Source of the DNA: Candidatus Firestoneibacteriota bacterium
Lineage (GTDB): Bacteria; Oederibacteriota; Muellerivitia; Muellerivitales; Muellerivitaceae
Assembly: GCA_013286205.1 (NCBI GenBank)
Contig: JABDGD010000011.1
Coordinates: 90-64,089 of the forward strand
Direction of reading: 5' to 3'
Length of the DNA: 64,000 nt
The position numbers and the translations under genes were made by a program. The notes under the pieces are model-generated. The model was not told the origin of the DNA. It saw only the letters and a program-made list of their open reading frames with translations, and ran no database searches. Below are positions 9,674 through 19,451 of the stretch, in pieces (position 1 is the stretch's first letter; each line of letters opens with the position of its first letter).

Positions 9674-11965
9674 TTATGAAAGCGGCTGGTTTTTGAAGTC
9701 CATCATCCGCTTTAAATAAACATCAGCTTGAGGCCCCAAAATCTTACGGGCTTTCGTTAAATAAGACGCGGCTTTCGCGGATTGATTCATTTGAGAACAG
9801 AAAAGATTCATCAAAACGAAAGTCTCACCCCGCATTTCGAGAAAACGCCGGCTTTCATTCTTATTGCCTTTTTTCAAATAATGATGAGAGAGCAGATCAT
9901 ATTGCACCTCCGCTTTTTCCGCGGCAGCCTCAGCTTCGGGATATAACGACGGTTGACGGACATTTTTCACCAGAGCATTAAAAAATAAAAGGTTTGAACC
10001 TTCGTTTTCAAAATAACCCTTCACCGCCGTTAAACATTCGGCAGGGTCTTTATCGGCGGAAGCGAAATTCAAATAATTGACGTAGTAATCATTTTCAAGA
10101 AAGCTATCCCCCGCAAAAAGAGGTTTTAGCTCCACCCACTTCTTAGTAAAGGCTGGATCATTAAAATAAAGTTGATGATCCATCATCATCGATATAAAAC
10201 TTTCCAGGTTTTGGTGCGTGGTTAAAAGTCGGCGAGAGTCCTTCAGGGTTTCGGGCATTACATCCACGATCAATAAATAAGTATCCCCCTTGCGTTCTAA
10301 ATTCTCAGACAACCAATAAAACTGTCCTTTAGGGTACTTCTCCATCAATGACGGTTTTTCCTCCCGATCAACGAGAAGGGCAAACCAACTAGCGCTTTCC
10401 GGATTGAACTTTGAGTTTAAGGCCGCGTTATAGGGATAGGTCACCAGGGTCAGCGTTTGATCCCACATCGACTGATTAAAACAGGTGAAAATTAACCCGG
10501 GACCGCTTTGAGCCGCCTTTTCTTTCAAAATCTGCTCAGCGGCCCAATAGTCGTTTTGAAGTTCAGGGTTCTGCAATTGAATCCGCGCGCCTGACCATTG
10601 ATTGGCTACCGGCGCCAATAACAGATGATGAAAGTCCAATGAGGCCGAGCTCAGTAAAACTACGCCGACAAAACCACCCACAAGGATTGGTTTCAAATCG
10701 CGCAGTAAAGCCAGAAGACCAACGGTCACTATCACGCACAAAACTGGCAGAACGGCAGAGACGCGGCACAAAATAACATTGTTAAAAAACATCGCTAAAA
10801 CAAAGTAGCCAGTTATGCCCAAAACCATCCACCGCGCCAAAGACGATGCCCTATTTTTATAAAACTCAAGACAACCCATTAAAAACAGCGCCCCTATCAC
10901 AGGGTTCAGCATGCCGCCCCAAACAGGGCCAAAATAAATCTCGCCGCGATTGCCCCAAAATACCGAGGTGATGTAATTCACCTCTCGCCCCAAGAGGGTT
11001 AAAAATGATGTGTGCGTTCCGGAAGACAGAAGATATTGAGCGTAATGACCACCGTCTTGAACCAGAACACCCCAAACCAAAGGCAAAACGGTTAAAGCGG
11101 CGAAAACAAAGAACAACACTACCGGGCCCCATTTCCCCGATTTATTCTTTCGTTCGTTCCACACCATAAAGACCGCGATCAATAGCGTCATTAAAAGCCA
11201 GGGCAGATAAGCGTAAAAACCAAGACCGCATAGAACACCCAGTAAAACCGCCCAGCCCTTTTTCCTGTTCCGGCTTTTCAGATAACAGCCCAGAACAATA
11301 AAAACTAAAAACTCGATTACCCACATGAGGTTATTGGCTGAACAGGTTCGGGCGGTATAAGCCGACCAAAAGCCCAGACCATAGAACGCCGCGGCAATCA
11401 GGGCTGTTTGCGTTGAAAAAAATTGGCGAAAAGCGAAATAACAAAGAGGAATTGAAATAACCGACAGCAAAGCCGGAAAAAGGAGCAAACTCCAGTAAGA
11501 AGGACCGAAGACTTTAAAAAGACCCGTTACTCCCCAGACAGACAAAACGCCCAGATTGTCTCCCCTGATAATTTTCCAATTCCAATGATGAAGCAGATCG
11601 ATGGCGTTAAACCCCCAGATGCCGTCGTCCACGATGGGAAATTGGGTAAGTTCGGTAAGTTTGTAAAAACGAATCGCGAAAGACAGCGTCAAAACGAATA
11701 ACAAAAACCAGACCAAGAATAAATTTTGTTTTTCTTTTACCTTAAAGAGATCGGGACTTTTTTGATCGAATTTTTGAAAGGACAAAAAGAAAAGAACCGG
11801 GAAGAAAACACCTAAAAGAAAAACCAAAATATTGGGCAGAAGTGAAAATTGACAATATGAAAGAACCAGACCCGAGGCTAAAAAAATAAAAAAATAACCC
11901 CAGGGATAAAACAGCTTATTCCATTCGCCGGGCGCCGCCGGAAATTCCACGCCGAATAGTCGCAT
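9674..11965 (-). CDS. polytopic GT-C-type glycosyltransferase (PMT_2/ArnT-like, GT39/GT83-like) fused to a C-terminal soluble TPR-like region
   Basis: 763 aa, with about 12 hydrophobic segments in the first ~430 aa. An acidic pair follows an early TM (FPIVDDGIWGFNAIDLL), as in the DE/DD motif of ArnT/PMT. The C-terminal ~300 aa are hydrophilic and helical-repeat-like. The family call is from memory. Confidence 0.6.
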   Translation of the reverse strand: MRLFGVEFPAAPGEWNKLFYPWGYFFIFLASGLVLSYCQFSLLPNILVFLLGVFFPVLFFLSFQKFDQKSPDLFKVKEKQNLFLVWFLLFVLTLSFAIRFYKLTELTQFPIVDDGIWGFNAIDLLHHWNWKIIRGDNLGVLSVWGVTGLFKVFGPSYWSLLLFPALLSVISIPLCYFAFRQFFSTQTALIAAAFYGLGFWSAYTARTCSANNLMWVIEFLVFIVLGCYLKSRNRKKGWAVLLGVLCGLGFYAYLPWLLMTLLIAVFMVWNERKNKSGKWGPVVLFFVFAALTVLPLVWGVLVQDGGHYAQYLLSSGTHTSFLTLLGREVNYITSVFWGNRGEIYFGPVWGGMLNPVIGALFLMGCLEFYKNRASSLARWMVLGITGYFVLAMFFNNVILCRVSAVLPVLCVIVTVGLLALLRDLKPILVGGFVGVVLLSSASLDFHHLLLAPVANQWSGARIQLQNPELQNDYWAAEQILKEKAAQSGPGLIFTCFNQSMWDQTLTLVTYPYNAALNSKFNPESASWFALLVDREEKPSLMEKYPKGQFYWLSENLERKGDTYLLIVDVMPETLKDSRRLLTTHQNLESFISMMMDHQLYFNDPAFTKKWVELKPLFAGDSFLENDYYVNYLNFASADKDPAECLTAVKGYFENEGSNLLFFNALVKNVRQPSLYPEAEAAAEKAEVQYDLLSHHYLKKGNKNESRRFLEMRGETFVLMNLFCSQMNQSAKAASYLTKARKILGPQADVYLKRMMDFKNQPLS

Positions 11966-12017
11966 GCTGACCCTTTGTTGTTATTGCGAGACGGTCTATT
12001 TTTAGTCGAAAGAGCTT

Positions 12018-12389
12018 TTAAAGGGGTTTAATTTTTTGGTCGAGGCTTGTCAGCAGCTGAGTCACATTCCGCTTATTTTGGCCCCAATCGCCTTTGCCTG
12101 CTTTGGATTGGGACGTCATCTCCAGCGTGGTAACACCATCCACTCCCTGAACTACGTAAACATTAATTTCTTCCCCCAGGCCGATAAACCAACGGTGGCT
12201 TGCCCGAACCCGTCCTTGAATGGCTTTATGTTCTTCGTGTTTCCAGCCTGATAAGGACTCAATGGTTTCTTTGACCAGCTGAATCACTTCATCTTTGGGT
12301 TGGCTGTATTTGCGGGGCCTAAAGAAAGGATCAGGGTCACGGGGCGAGGTGACATAAACATTTTTGGTCAGCCAAACTTTTAAGCTCAT
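12018..12389 (-). CDS. hypothetical protein (possibly DUF1499-like)
   Basis: 123-aa ORF with a 4-nt overlap with the upstream gene. I am not confident about any motif match; the resemblance to DUF1499 is weak and from memory. Confidence 0.55.
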   Translation of the reverse strand: MSLKVWLTKNVYVTSPRDPDPFFRPRKYSQPKDEVIQLVKETIESLSGWKHEEHKAIQGRVRASHRWFIGLGEEINVYVVQGVDGVTTLEMTSQSKAGKGDWGQNKRNVTQLLTSLDQKIKPL

Positions 12390-13237
12390 GACTTTTCCCC
12401 TTCCGGTTCTACCGCGGCGCCAGGAATTCCTCCGTCCAAAATGGTTTGAGCGCTTAAAGCGCTGGCGCCCAGCGAAGTCAGCGCCAGTCCCATTTTGTCC
12501 GCCTGACCCACCAGAGGAACGGTGCTTTGAATACCCGCTTGAAAAGTGCCAATCAAACGGTCGGTATCTTTATAAATTTTTAGGGAAATCAGCAGCGCGG
12601 TCAAGCCCTGGAAATCTAAAATCATGATCCGGTAATTGCGCAAAGCGTCTATCCACTCTTTGTTTTCCTGACAGGCTTTAAATTGGCCGCCATTCACAAA
12701 ATAAAGAAACCCGCCCATAACCGGGTTGGCGTGAACCGACAAACGGTTTAACCAGCTTTTCATTTCACCGTCGGATAAGTTGTCGACTTTAGGGGTTTCA
12801 AAAACGGGGACCGCGCCCATATGGGTTTTAAAGTAAACGAAGCCGGGTTCATCCGCCTGAAAATCCTCGGGCAGCAAATAAAGTTTAACCAATTCCGCTA
12901 ATGGTTTTTGAATGACCGTCGGATGAATAGAACCCACCAGGGATTCCCGGACAGTTCGAAGGTTTTTAACCCCCTGAGGCAAACGGCCCGCTTCCAGCCG
13001 TAAATCTAAAAGCTCATGCTGAGCCGTTCCCAAAGGGTTTTCAGCGCTTTCAATCAGTTCTTCGATTTTGAGCTGGGATTCCATAATCCACTGATCAGCC
13101 AAACGAAAAGCCGGCTGAATGACCTGGGTTTGTTTATCGATTTTGGTTTGGCGGCTGATGCGCACAAAGAAATAGGAAACCAAGGCCCAGCCCAGAATAA
13201 ACAAAACCGATAGGATGACGATCAGCGGTAAATTCAC
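12386..13237 (-). CDS. hypothetical N-terminally membrane-anchored protein
   Basis: 283 aa. It has a single N-terminal TM (LPLIVILSVLFILGWALVSYFFV) followed by a helical region. It uses a GTG start. I recognise no family. Confidence 0.6.
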   Translation of the reverse strand: MNLPLIVILSVLFILGWALVSYFFVRISRQTKIDKQTQVIQPAFRLADQWIMESQLKIEELIESAENPLGTAQHELLDLRLEAGRLPQGVKNLRTVRESLVGSIHPTVIQKPLAELVKLYLLPEDFQADEPGFVYFKTHMGAVPVFETPKVDNLSDGEMKSWLNRLSVHANPVMGGFLYFVNGGQFKACQENKEWIDALRNYRIMILDFQGLTALLISLKIYKDTDRLIGTFQAGIQSTVPLVGQADKMGLALTSLGASALSAQTILDGGIPGAAVEPEGEKS

Positions 13238-13247
13238 GGATAAGCCT

Positions 13248-13595
13248 TTACAGGATTTCTTTGAGTCGTTCAGCGGGACGGGCCAAAATGGCCTTCGAGC
13301 CCTTTTCTACAATGGGTCTTTGCAGCAAATCCGGATGTTTAATCATCAAGGTGATCGCCTCATCATCCGAGACTTCTTTTTCACTCAGTTTTAACTTTTT
13401 ATAAATTTCTTCTTTTTTGCGGAACAACTCGGAAGCTTTAATACCCATCTTTTTAATCAGCTCTTTGAGCTTGGCCGCCGAAATCGGCTCAATGTAGTAA
13501 TTCACCGCTTCCATCTCCACGCCGCTTTCTTTTAAAGCGTTGAAGACCTGGCGGCAGGTAGTACAGGTGGGTTTTTGATATATGGTAATCTTCAC
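13248..13595 (-). CDS. ArsC/Spx/MgsR-family thioredoxin-fold protein
   Basis: 115 aa. The N-terminus MKITIYQKPTCTTCRQ (CxxC) and the region KHPDLLQRPIV are typical of the ArsC/Spx family. The GTG start is preceded by GGAGG. Confidence 0.8.
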   Translation of the reverse strand: MKITIYQKPTCTTCRQVFNALKESGVEMEAVNYYIEPISAAKLKELIKKMGIKASELFRKKEEIYKKLKLSEKEVSDDEAITLMIKHPDLLQRPIVEKGSKAILARPAERLKEIL

Positions 13596-13677
13596 TTCAG
13601 CCTCCAGAAACCGGGGTGAATGGCCGAATTAACTTAAACCATCCCTCCACCGATTTCCAGCTATCTGAAAGAGAAGA

Positions 13678-14763
13678 TCAGAGGATACCTGTAAGAAAAC
13701 GGCTGGTTTTCTTCTGCAGGAAGGTCTCAACAGAAGAAACAACTTTAGCCATCATCTCGACCGTTTCGGCAGGATATTCGCCCATAGCGGTTTCTTCGGA
13801 CAACATCACCGCGTCGGTACCGTCAAAAATGGCGTTCGCCACGTCAGTCACTTCAGCCCGGGTAGGACGAATGTTATGAACCATGGATTCGAGCATCTGG
13901 GTGGCCGTAATAACCGAAACACCCTTACGATTGGCCAAATAGATCAGGCGCTTTTGGACTACCGGCACATCTTCAATGGGAATCTGCACCCCTAAGTCGC
14001 CGCGGGCCACCATGACCGCGTCCGTCACCTGAAGAATGGAGTTAATGTTCTCCACCGCTTCCTGCCGCTCAATTTTAGCGACAGTGCGGATTTGAAACCC
14101 CTTCGCGCGGGCATAAGCCTTGAGCTTAATAATGTCGTCGTCCTTTTCCACAAAGGAAACGCCGTAGAGATTCACGCCTTCTTTCAAACCAAAGTCCACA
14201 CATTTCAAATCGTGTTCTGTAATGGGGTCCACAAACATTTTGGCCTCAGGCAAGTTGAGACCCTTGAAGGAATAAAGCTCCCCGCCGATCAAAACCTTGC
14301 AATAAACCACTTTGGCTTCAATGCGCAAAACCCTCAATTGTAAAAAGCCGTCGTTCAAATAAACCAGACCGCCCTTTTTGACGCTCTTCGTAATTTGGTC
14401 GTAATTAACCGGCAAAATTTTAGTGGTGCCCAGTACATCTTCAGTCGTCAACTTGACCGAATCACCGACTTTCAAATAAATAGGTTCTTTTTTGAGCTTG
14501 CCCAAACGAATTTTAGGACCCGGCAAGTCGATCAAAATAGCGCAGTGACGGCCCAGGCTTTTGGCCGCTTTGCGGACGTTGGCGATGTCTTTACCCTGCT
14601 GTTCAAAGTTGCCGTGGGCAAAATTGAGGCGGGCTACGGTCATACCGTTAAGCATGAGCTGCCGGAGCATTTTTTCGGAGCGGCAAGCGGGACCGATGGT
14701 GCAGACGATTTGGGTTTTAAGATTTTTTGATGTTTTTTTCATAAGTCCTCGTTTTGGTTTCAT
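13678..14763 (-). CDS. pyk: pyruvate kinase, A+B domains only (no C-terminal effector/tetramerisation domain)
   Basis: Motifs found: [37 protein letters not shown] and [32 protein letters not shown]. The protein ends about 25 aa after the last motif, at 361 aa. Its ATG overlaps the era stop (ATGA). Confidence 0.9.
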   Translation of the reverse strand: MKPKRGLMKKTSKNLKTQIVCTIGPACRSEKMLRQLMLNGMTVARLNFAHGNFEQQGKDIANVRKAAKSLGRHCAILIDLPGPKIRLGKLKKEPIYLKVGDSVKLTTEDVLGTTKILPVNYDQITKSVKKGGLVYLNDGFLQLRVLRIEAKVVYCKVLIGGELYSFKGLNLPEAKMFVDPITEHDLKCVDFGLKEGVNLYGVSFVEKDDDIIKLKAYARAKGFQIRTVAKIERQEAVENINSILQVTDAVMVARGDLGVQIPIEDVPVVQKRLIYLANRKGVSVITATQMLESMVHNIRPTRAEVTDVANAIFDGTDAVMLSEETAMGEYPAETVEMMAKVVSSVETFLQKKTSRFLTGIL

Positions 14764-15668
14764 TTACGGGGTACGGAATAGCCCAATCTTTTTAACACAT
14801 CTTCATCTTTACGCCAATTTTTAAGAACCTTCACCCACAGCTCCAAAAACACTTTTCGGTCTAAAAGCTTTTCAATTTCCACGCGGGAAGCGCTTCCAAT
14901 GAGCTTTAACTGATTCCCGCCAGCCCCAATAATAATTCCCTTTTGGCTGTCCTTCTCCACAAAGATCGTCGCTTTAATCACCACCGGCGCCGGTAATTCT
15001 TTTTCCTCAAAAGAGTCGATTAAAACCGCCACACCATAAGGGATTTCTTCTTTGAGCTGCAAAAAGCACTGTTCACGGACCATTTCACCCGCGATATCAC
15101 GCATGGTTTTGTCGGTTAATTCATCCGCGGGGAAAAGCAGGGGCTGACGGGGTAGTATTTTTTTAAGCTCGGCAGCGACTTCAGGTACGCCCCGGCCCGA
15201 AATAGCGGCAGTTCGTAAAATCGACCATTGCGGCCATTCAGTTTTAATCTTTTCTTCCAAAGGCGCCAGTTTGTCGTCCAGCACGCCGTCAATCTTGTTC
15301 AAAACCACAAAAACCGGGCTCTTGAATTTTTGAAGCCATTCGGCCACCAGGTAATCTTCCTCGGTTAACCCTTCGCGCACGTCTACCAGAAACAAAGCGG
15401 CTTCCGAGCCTGCCAAAACCTCTTCCACCTGGCGGAGCATGAATTGGGAGAGTTTGTTTTTGGGTTGGTGAATCCCCGGCGTGTCATAGAAGACAATCTG
15501 GGCTTCATCATCTTGGAAAATACCCGCCATAGAACCGCGGGTCGTTTGGGGCCGGGGAGACACAATGGCGATTTTGGTTTGAAGGACAGAGTTCAGAAAG
15601 GTCGATTTACCCACATTCGGACGGCCCAGTACCGCTACCGCGCCGCAAATCAGGTCTTGATCGCCCAT
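14760..15668 (-). CDS. era: GTPase Era
   Basis: Carries the G1 motif [12 protein letters not shown], then DTPG and NKID, and a C-terminal KH domain. The real start is the ATG at 15668, which overlaps the stop of the PHP gene (TAATG). The ORF-track 5' extension to 15920 lies inside that upstream gene. Confidence 0.93.
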   Translation of the reverse strand: MGDQDLICGAVAVLGRPNVGKSTFLNSVLQTKIAIVSPRPQTTRGSMAGIFQDDEAQIVFYDTPGIHQPKNKLSQFMLRQVEEVLAGSEAALFLVDVREGLTEEDYLVAEWLQKFKSPVFVVLNKIDGVLDDKLAPLEEKIKTEWPQWSILRTAAISGRGVPEVAAELKKILPRQPLLFPADELTDKTMRDIAGEMVREQCFLQLKEEIPYGVAVLIDSFEEKELPAPVVIKATIFVEKDSQKGIIIGAGGNQLKLIGSASRVEIEKLLDRKVFLELWVKVLKNWRKDEDVLKRLGYSVPRK

Positions 15669-16432
15669 TAAGCGGCTTCGATCGAACGAGTAATGTCGAA
15701 CAAGCGTTCCGGCCCGACTCCAAACTTCTTCATCATTTCTTTGGGGTAATCCAACACACAGGTCTTGGCCGTATCGTGGCCGTCGGAACCGACGGAGAAT
15801 TTCACGCCAGCCGCCACGCCTTTTTGCATCAGGCGGTCGTAGGGAGTTTTCCAGCGGTTGGAAATTTCTAAAGCGACACCATTCTTGATCAAGATGGCCA
15901 AAAACTGGTCTTCCCACCACTCGGGGAAAATATCTTCCGGTTTGCCTAAAGCCAAAGGCGGAAGCATCGTCGGGTGGCCCAGGATGTCAAACTTCTGTGC
16001 GGCATATTCTTTTTCGAGCAACGCCAGATGAGCTTTAAAAAACACATCGAGACTTTTGATTTGAAGCAGCGGGTTATAAGTCGGCAGATCACCCCGGGTC
16101 CAGCTAATCAGCTGGGTAAAGCTGAGTCGGACGCCATCCACTTCCATGCCGTGGACCGATCCGATCATGTAATCAAACTTCTCGCGGGTTTGAGGTTGAA
16201 CGACAAAACTGCGGCCCAGATCCATTTCTAAACCACGGGCGACGGGATACTGGGTAAGAAAGTCAGCGTATGCTAAAAGACGGTCATTCGAATTAAGATA
16301 GTCACCCAAACCGGCGTGATCCGACAAACCCACCCGAACGCCTTCCAGCTTCGCCTTTTCAATCACCTGTTCGATGGATTGGCGCCCATCGGACCACTCC
16401 GCGGTGTGATTATGGCAGTCTAAATATTTCAC
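15668..16432 (-). CDS. PHP-domain metal-dependent phosphoesterase (histidinol-phosphatase-like)
   Basis: 254 aa. The N-terminus MKYLDCHNHT (HxH) and later GSDGHD are typical PHP-family metal ligands. Confidence 0.75.
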   Translation of the reverse strand: MKYLDCHNHTAEWSDGRQSIEQVIEKAKLEGVRVGLSDHAGLGDYLNSNDRLLAYADFLTQYPVARGLEMDLGRSFVVQPQTREKFDYMIGSVHGMEVDGVRLSFTQLISWTRGDLPTYNPLLQIKSLDVFFKAHLALLEKEYAAQKFDILGHPTMLPPLALGKPEDIFPEWWEDQFLAILIKNGVALEISNRWKTPYDRLMQKGVAAGVKFSVGSDGHDTAKTCVLDYPKEMMKKFGVGPERLFDITRSIEAA

Positions 16433-17844
16433 TTATTCACCTGTTCGTTGCCGGGTTTAGTTTTTTCATTTTCGACGCTGGCTACATGGACAATTTTTTC
16501 TTCCACCGGCGGAGGCAGTTTCACACGTTTTTTACGGCGCTTGGGAGCCACTACCACTTCAGGCTCCGGCTCAGGCAAAGGCACTTCCCGCTTCACAATT
16601 TTGATGCGGATCACTTTTTTGTCGCTGGCTTCCAAGATAGAAAACACCGCTTCAATATCCTCGATCACACGGCCTTTTTTAGGAACCCGGCCGGTTTTTT
16701 CGGTCACGTAGCCGCCCAGACTGGATACATCGCCCTTGGGCGCCAAATGGATTCCCAAAGTATCGTTCACTTCATCCAGAGAAACGCCCGCCTCTGCCAC
16801 CCAGGAGCCGTCTTCTTTCTTTTCGAGAACCTGTTCATCCACGTCATACTCGTCGCGAATTTCGCCGACAATTTCTTCCACCAGGTCTTCTAAGGTGACC
16901 AATCCAGCGGTACCGCCAAATTCATCCACCACGATGGCCATATGGATTTTGCCGCGTTGAAATTCCCTTAACAAACGGTCGACCCGCATGGTTTCGGGGG
17001 CGAAATAGGGTTTGTGCAAAAGATCCTTGAGCACAATGAGTTCTTTATTCTTCCAAATCGCCAACAAATCGCGGGTATTGATGATGCCCACAATGTTATC
17101 CACGCTTCCTTTATAAACCGGCATGCGGGAATAGCCATTTTGAATAATGTGATCGACCAGCACATCTAGGTTCGTGTTGATATCCACACTCACCATTTCA
17201 GTCCGTGGAATCATGACCGAATTGACCTTGGTATCGCTGAATTTGAAGATGGAATCGATCATGTTCTTTTCGTTTTCCTGAATCGTTCCGGCTTCCTGAC
17301 CCATTTCCATCATTTGTTTAATGTCTTCTTCCGTCACTTGAGAAACAGTCGCGTTTCCCATGCGGGGCAGCAATAAATGGAAAAGACGCACCAGAGCCCA
17401 GGTAAAGGGGGTCATCAACTTATCCAAAGCGTAAATGGGAACGACTAAGAGAGTGGCAATTTTCGTGGAGGCGTTACGGGCCATGATTTTCGGGAGAGCC
17501 TCGCAAAAAACCACAATGACAAAAGTAATCGAAACAGAAGAAACCGTGCCGGTAACAGCCAGGCTCCATTGATTGACCTGGGACAGGTGAACCGCCATGT
17601 AAGCCACCAGCGTCGTCGCGCCAACACTGACCGCGTTATTGCCAATCAGGATGGTGCTCAAGATGCGGTTAGGGTGATTCTGCCATTCTTTAAAGGCACG
17701 GCCCAACAGACCGCCTTTTTCGGCGTAGCCCTGAAGGATAGGTTTGGGGAAAGAAAGCAGACTGGTTTCAACCGCCGAAAAAAACATCGAGGCCAAAAGC
17801 AAGGTGCCCAAAATAATTAAATTAAGTGCTAAATAAACGTCCAT
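16429..17844 (-). CDS. CNNM/HlyC/CorC-family transporter (DUF21-CBS pair-CorC_HlyC) with a Pro/Lys-rich C-terminal tail
   Basis: 471 aa. It has an N-terminal 4-TM DUF21, CBS region motifs (MIPRTEM, YSRMPVY), and the CorC_HlyC region LVTLEDLVEEIVGEIRDEYD. About 60 extra C-terminal residues follow (PEPEPEVVVAPKRRKKRVKLPPP...). Confidence 0.88.
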   Translation of the reverse strand: MDVYLALNLIILGTLLLASMFFSAVETSLLSFPKPILQGYAEKGGLLGRAFKEWQNHPNRILSTILIGNNAVSVGATTLVAYMAVHLSQVNQWSLAVTGTVSSVSITFVIVVFCEALPKIMARNASTKIATLLVVPIYALDKLMTPFTWALVRLFHLLLPRMGNATVSQVTEEDIKQMMEMGQEAGTIQENEKNMIDSIFKFSDTKVNSVMIPRTEMVSVDINTNLDVLVDHIIQNGYSRMPVYKGSVDNIVGIINTRDLLAIWKNKELIVLKDLLHKPYFAPETMRVDRLLREFQRGKIHMAIVVDEFGGTAGLVTLEDLVEEIVGEIRDEYDVDEQVLEKKEDGSWVAEAGVSLDEVNDTLGIHLAPKGDVSSLGGYVTEKTGRVPKKGRVIEDIEAVFSILEASDKKVIRIKIVKREVPLPEPEPEVVVAPKRRKKRVKLPPPVEEKIVHVASVENEKTKPGNEQVNK

Positions 17845-17852
17845 TATATTTT

Positions 17853-18308
17853 CTAAACTCCAAATTTCTTTAACAGCGAATTTTGTAACCCAAACATCTC
17901 TTTTTCTTCCTTCAGCGTCACATGGTCATAACCCAGCAAATGCAAAATGCCATGAACCACTAACAACGCCAGCTCGTCGTTAAAATCTTTGCCATTCGCC
18001 TTGGCCTGCCGCTTGGTTTGCGGCACACTGACCACCACATCTCCCAGGGCCACCGCTTCTTTTTTATCTCCCGGAAACACAATGCCCTCTAACAGCGGAA
18101 ACGAAAGCACATCGGTCGTTTTGTTTTGGCCGCGGTAAAGACGGTTGAGCTTTTTCACCTCAGCGTCACCGGTTAAAACAATCGACAGCTCCGCCTTCCG
18201 TTCAAACCCGGCGCCCTTGACCGCTTTGACGGTTAACGAGGACAATTTTTTCAGCCAAACATCCGAAACAGGCTGTGGTTTTACCGACGAGCGGATCAAT
18301 ATCTTCAA
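17853..18308 (-). CDS. ybeY: endoribonuclease YbeY (rRNA maturation)
   Basis: 151 aa with the zinc motif HGILHLLGYDH. It lies between phoH and corC, the conserved arrangement. Confidence 0.93.
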   Translation of the reverse strand: MKILIRSSVKPQPVSDVWLKKLSSLTVKAVKGAGFERKAELSIVLTGDAEVKKLNRLYRGQNKTTDVLSFPLLEGIVFPGDKKEAVALGDVVVSVPQTKRQAKANGKDFNDELALLVVHGILHLLGYDHVTLKEEKEMFGLQNSLLKKFGV

Positions 18309-19291
18309 GAGGGTTTCTCGTTGATTTTTTCGTGCTGATTGTAAGCTTCCACAATGCTCTGCACTAAACGATGGCGCACCACGTCCTTGGGCGTAAAAGT
18401 AATAAATTCAATGCCCTTCACCTTCGACAGAATCCGTTGGATTTCTAAAAGCCCGGAGTTTTTACCCGTGGGCAAGTCGATCTGGGTCCCGTCCCCTGTC
18501 ACCACAATCTTGGAGCCGTTGCCCATGCGGGTCAGGAACATCTTCATCTGCTCAGGGCTGGTATTTTGCGCCTCGTCCAAAATGATAAAAGCGTTCGACA
18601 AGGTCCGTCCACGCATATAGGCCAGAGGAGCCACTTCGACCACCCGGGTTTGAAACAGCTTCTGTAATTTCTCGTATTCCACCATGTCGTAAAGCGCGTC
18701 ATAAAGGGGGCGCAAATAAGGGTCGACTTTATCCTGCAAATCACCCGGCAAGAAACCAAGCTTTTCTCCAGCCTCCACAGCCGGTCTGGTCAAAATCAGC
18801 CGCTCCACTTCGCCATTGCGAAGGGCGGCAATCGCCATAGCCATCGCCAGATAGGTCTTACCCGTTCCGGCCGGCCCCATACCAAACACGATGTCGTTGT
18901 TACGGATAGCTTCCACATACTTTTGCTGGTTTTCGGTGCGGGCCTGAATAGCCTTCTTGCGGGCGGAGATAAGAAGTGTTTCGTGTTCTTGCTCTTGAGC
19001 CACCGGCTTCAGGCCGCCTTTGGCCTCATCAATAAAGCGTTGAACCGCGCTAATGGTTAAATAACCCTCCTGGGCGCCGCCTTTTAATTGGCCTCGGAGA
19101 CCCTCAATGACCTGACTGGCATGGGAAACCTGAAGAGGTTCCCCGGACAGGATGATTTCGTTACCACGGGCGACCAGGGTAATGGGAAAGGCGTCTCTCA
19201 ACAAATTGAGGTTTTTGTCTTTTTCCCCAAACAATTGAACGCATTCTTGATGGTCATCCAGGGTGATGCGGCGGCTGACGACTTGAGACAA
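18305..19291 (-). CDS. phoH: PhoH-like ATPase (YbeZ)
   Basis: Carries Walker A GPAGTGKTYLAMA and the PhoH signature ILDEAQN. The TTG start is preceded by GGAGGA. Confidence 0.92.
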   Translation of the reverse strand: MSQVVSRRITLDDHQECVQLFGEKDKNLNLLRDAFPITLVARGNEIILSGEPLQVSHASQVIEGLRGQLKGGAQEGYLTISAVQRFIDEAKGGLKPVAQEQEHETLLISARKKAIQARTENQQKYVEAIRNNDIVFGMGPAGTGKTYLAMAMAIAALRNGEVERLILTRPAVEAGEKLGFLPGDLQDKVDPYLRPLYDALYDMVEYEKLQKLFQTRVVEVAPLAYMRGRTLSNAFIILDEAQNTSPEQMKMFLTRMGNGSKIVVTGDGTQIDLPTGKNSGLLEIQRILSKVKGIEFITFTPKDVVRHRLVQSIVEAYNQHEKINEKPS

Positions 19292-19362
19292 GGACTTATC
19301 CTCCGAACAGGCTATGAATTCTCCAGCTTTTCCACGGTTTTTACATCAAATCAGGGTTAAAT

Positions 19363-19400
19363 GAAAAACTCCCATTTCCCAACCATCGAGAAAGGGGAGT
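19363..19400 (-). terminator. terminator-like hairpin plus U5 in the aspS-phoH spacer (aspS terminator or phoH-leader attenuator)
   Basis: The minus strand reads ACUCCC-c-UUUC (11-nt loop) GAAA-u-GGGAGU followed by UUUUUCA. It lies downstream of the candidate promoter at 19423-19451 and about 70 nt upstream of the phoH start. Confidence 0.5.
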
Positions 19401-19422
19401 TCAGGGAGTTATCAGTGGGTTT

Positions 19423-19451
19423 ATTATGGGTTTTTGCAGAATTTTCGTCAA
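19423..19451 (-). promoter_or_regulatory. candidate sigma70 promoter for the phoH-ybeY-corC-PHP-era-pyk block
   Basis: The minus strand reads TTGACG (19451..19446), a 17-nt spacer, then CATAAT (19428..19423). Confidence 0.55.

Noticed and set aside
10563-11324. Three 60-88-aa minus-strand ORFs (10563-10769, 10866-11132, 11142-11324). Similar cases at 51693-52140 lie inside the ligase-like gene.
   Set aside because: They are out-of-frame ORFs nested in long, coherent membrane-protein genes. Their Arg/Ser/Cys-rich composition is typical of off-frame translation.
15669-15920. 84-codon N-terminal extension of the era ORF given in the ORF track.
   Set aside because: The extension lies in an alternative frame inside the PHP-domain gene. 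Era homologues begin just before the G1 motif, and the ATG at 15668 forms a TAATG junction with the upstream stop.
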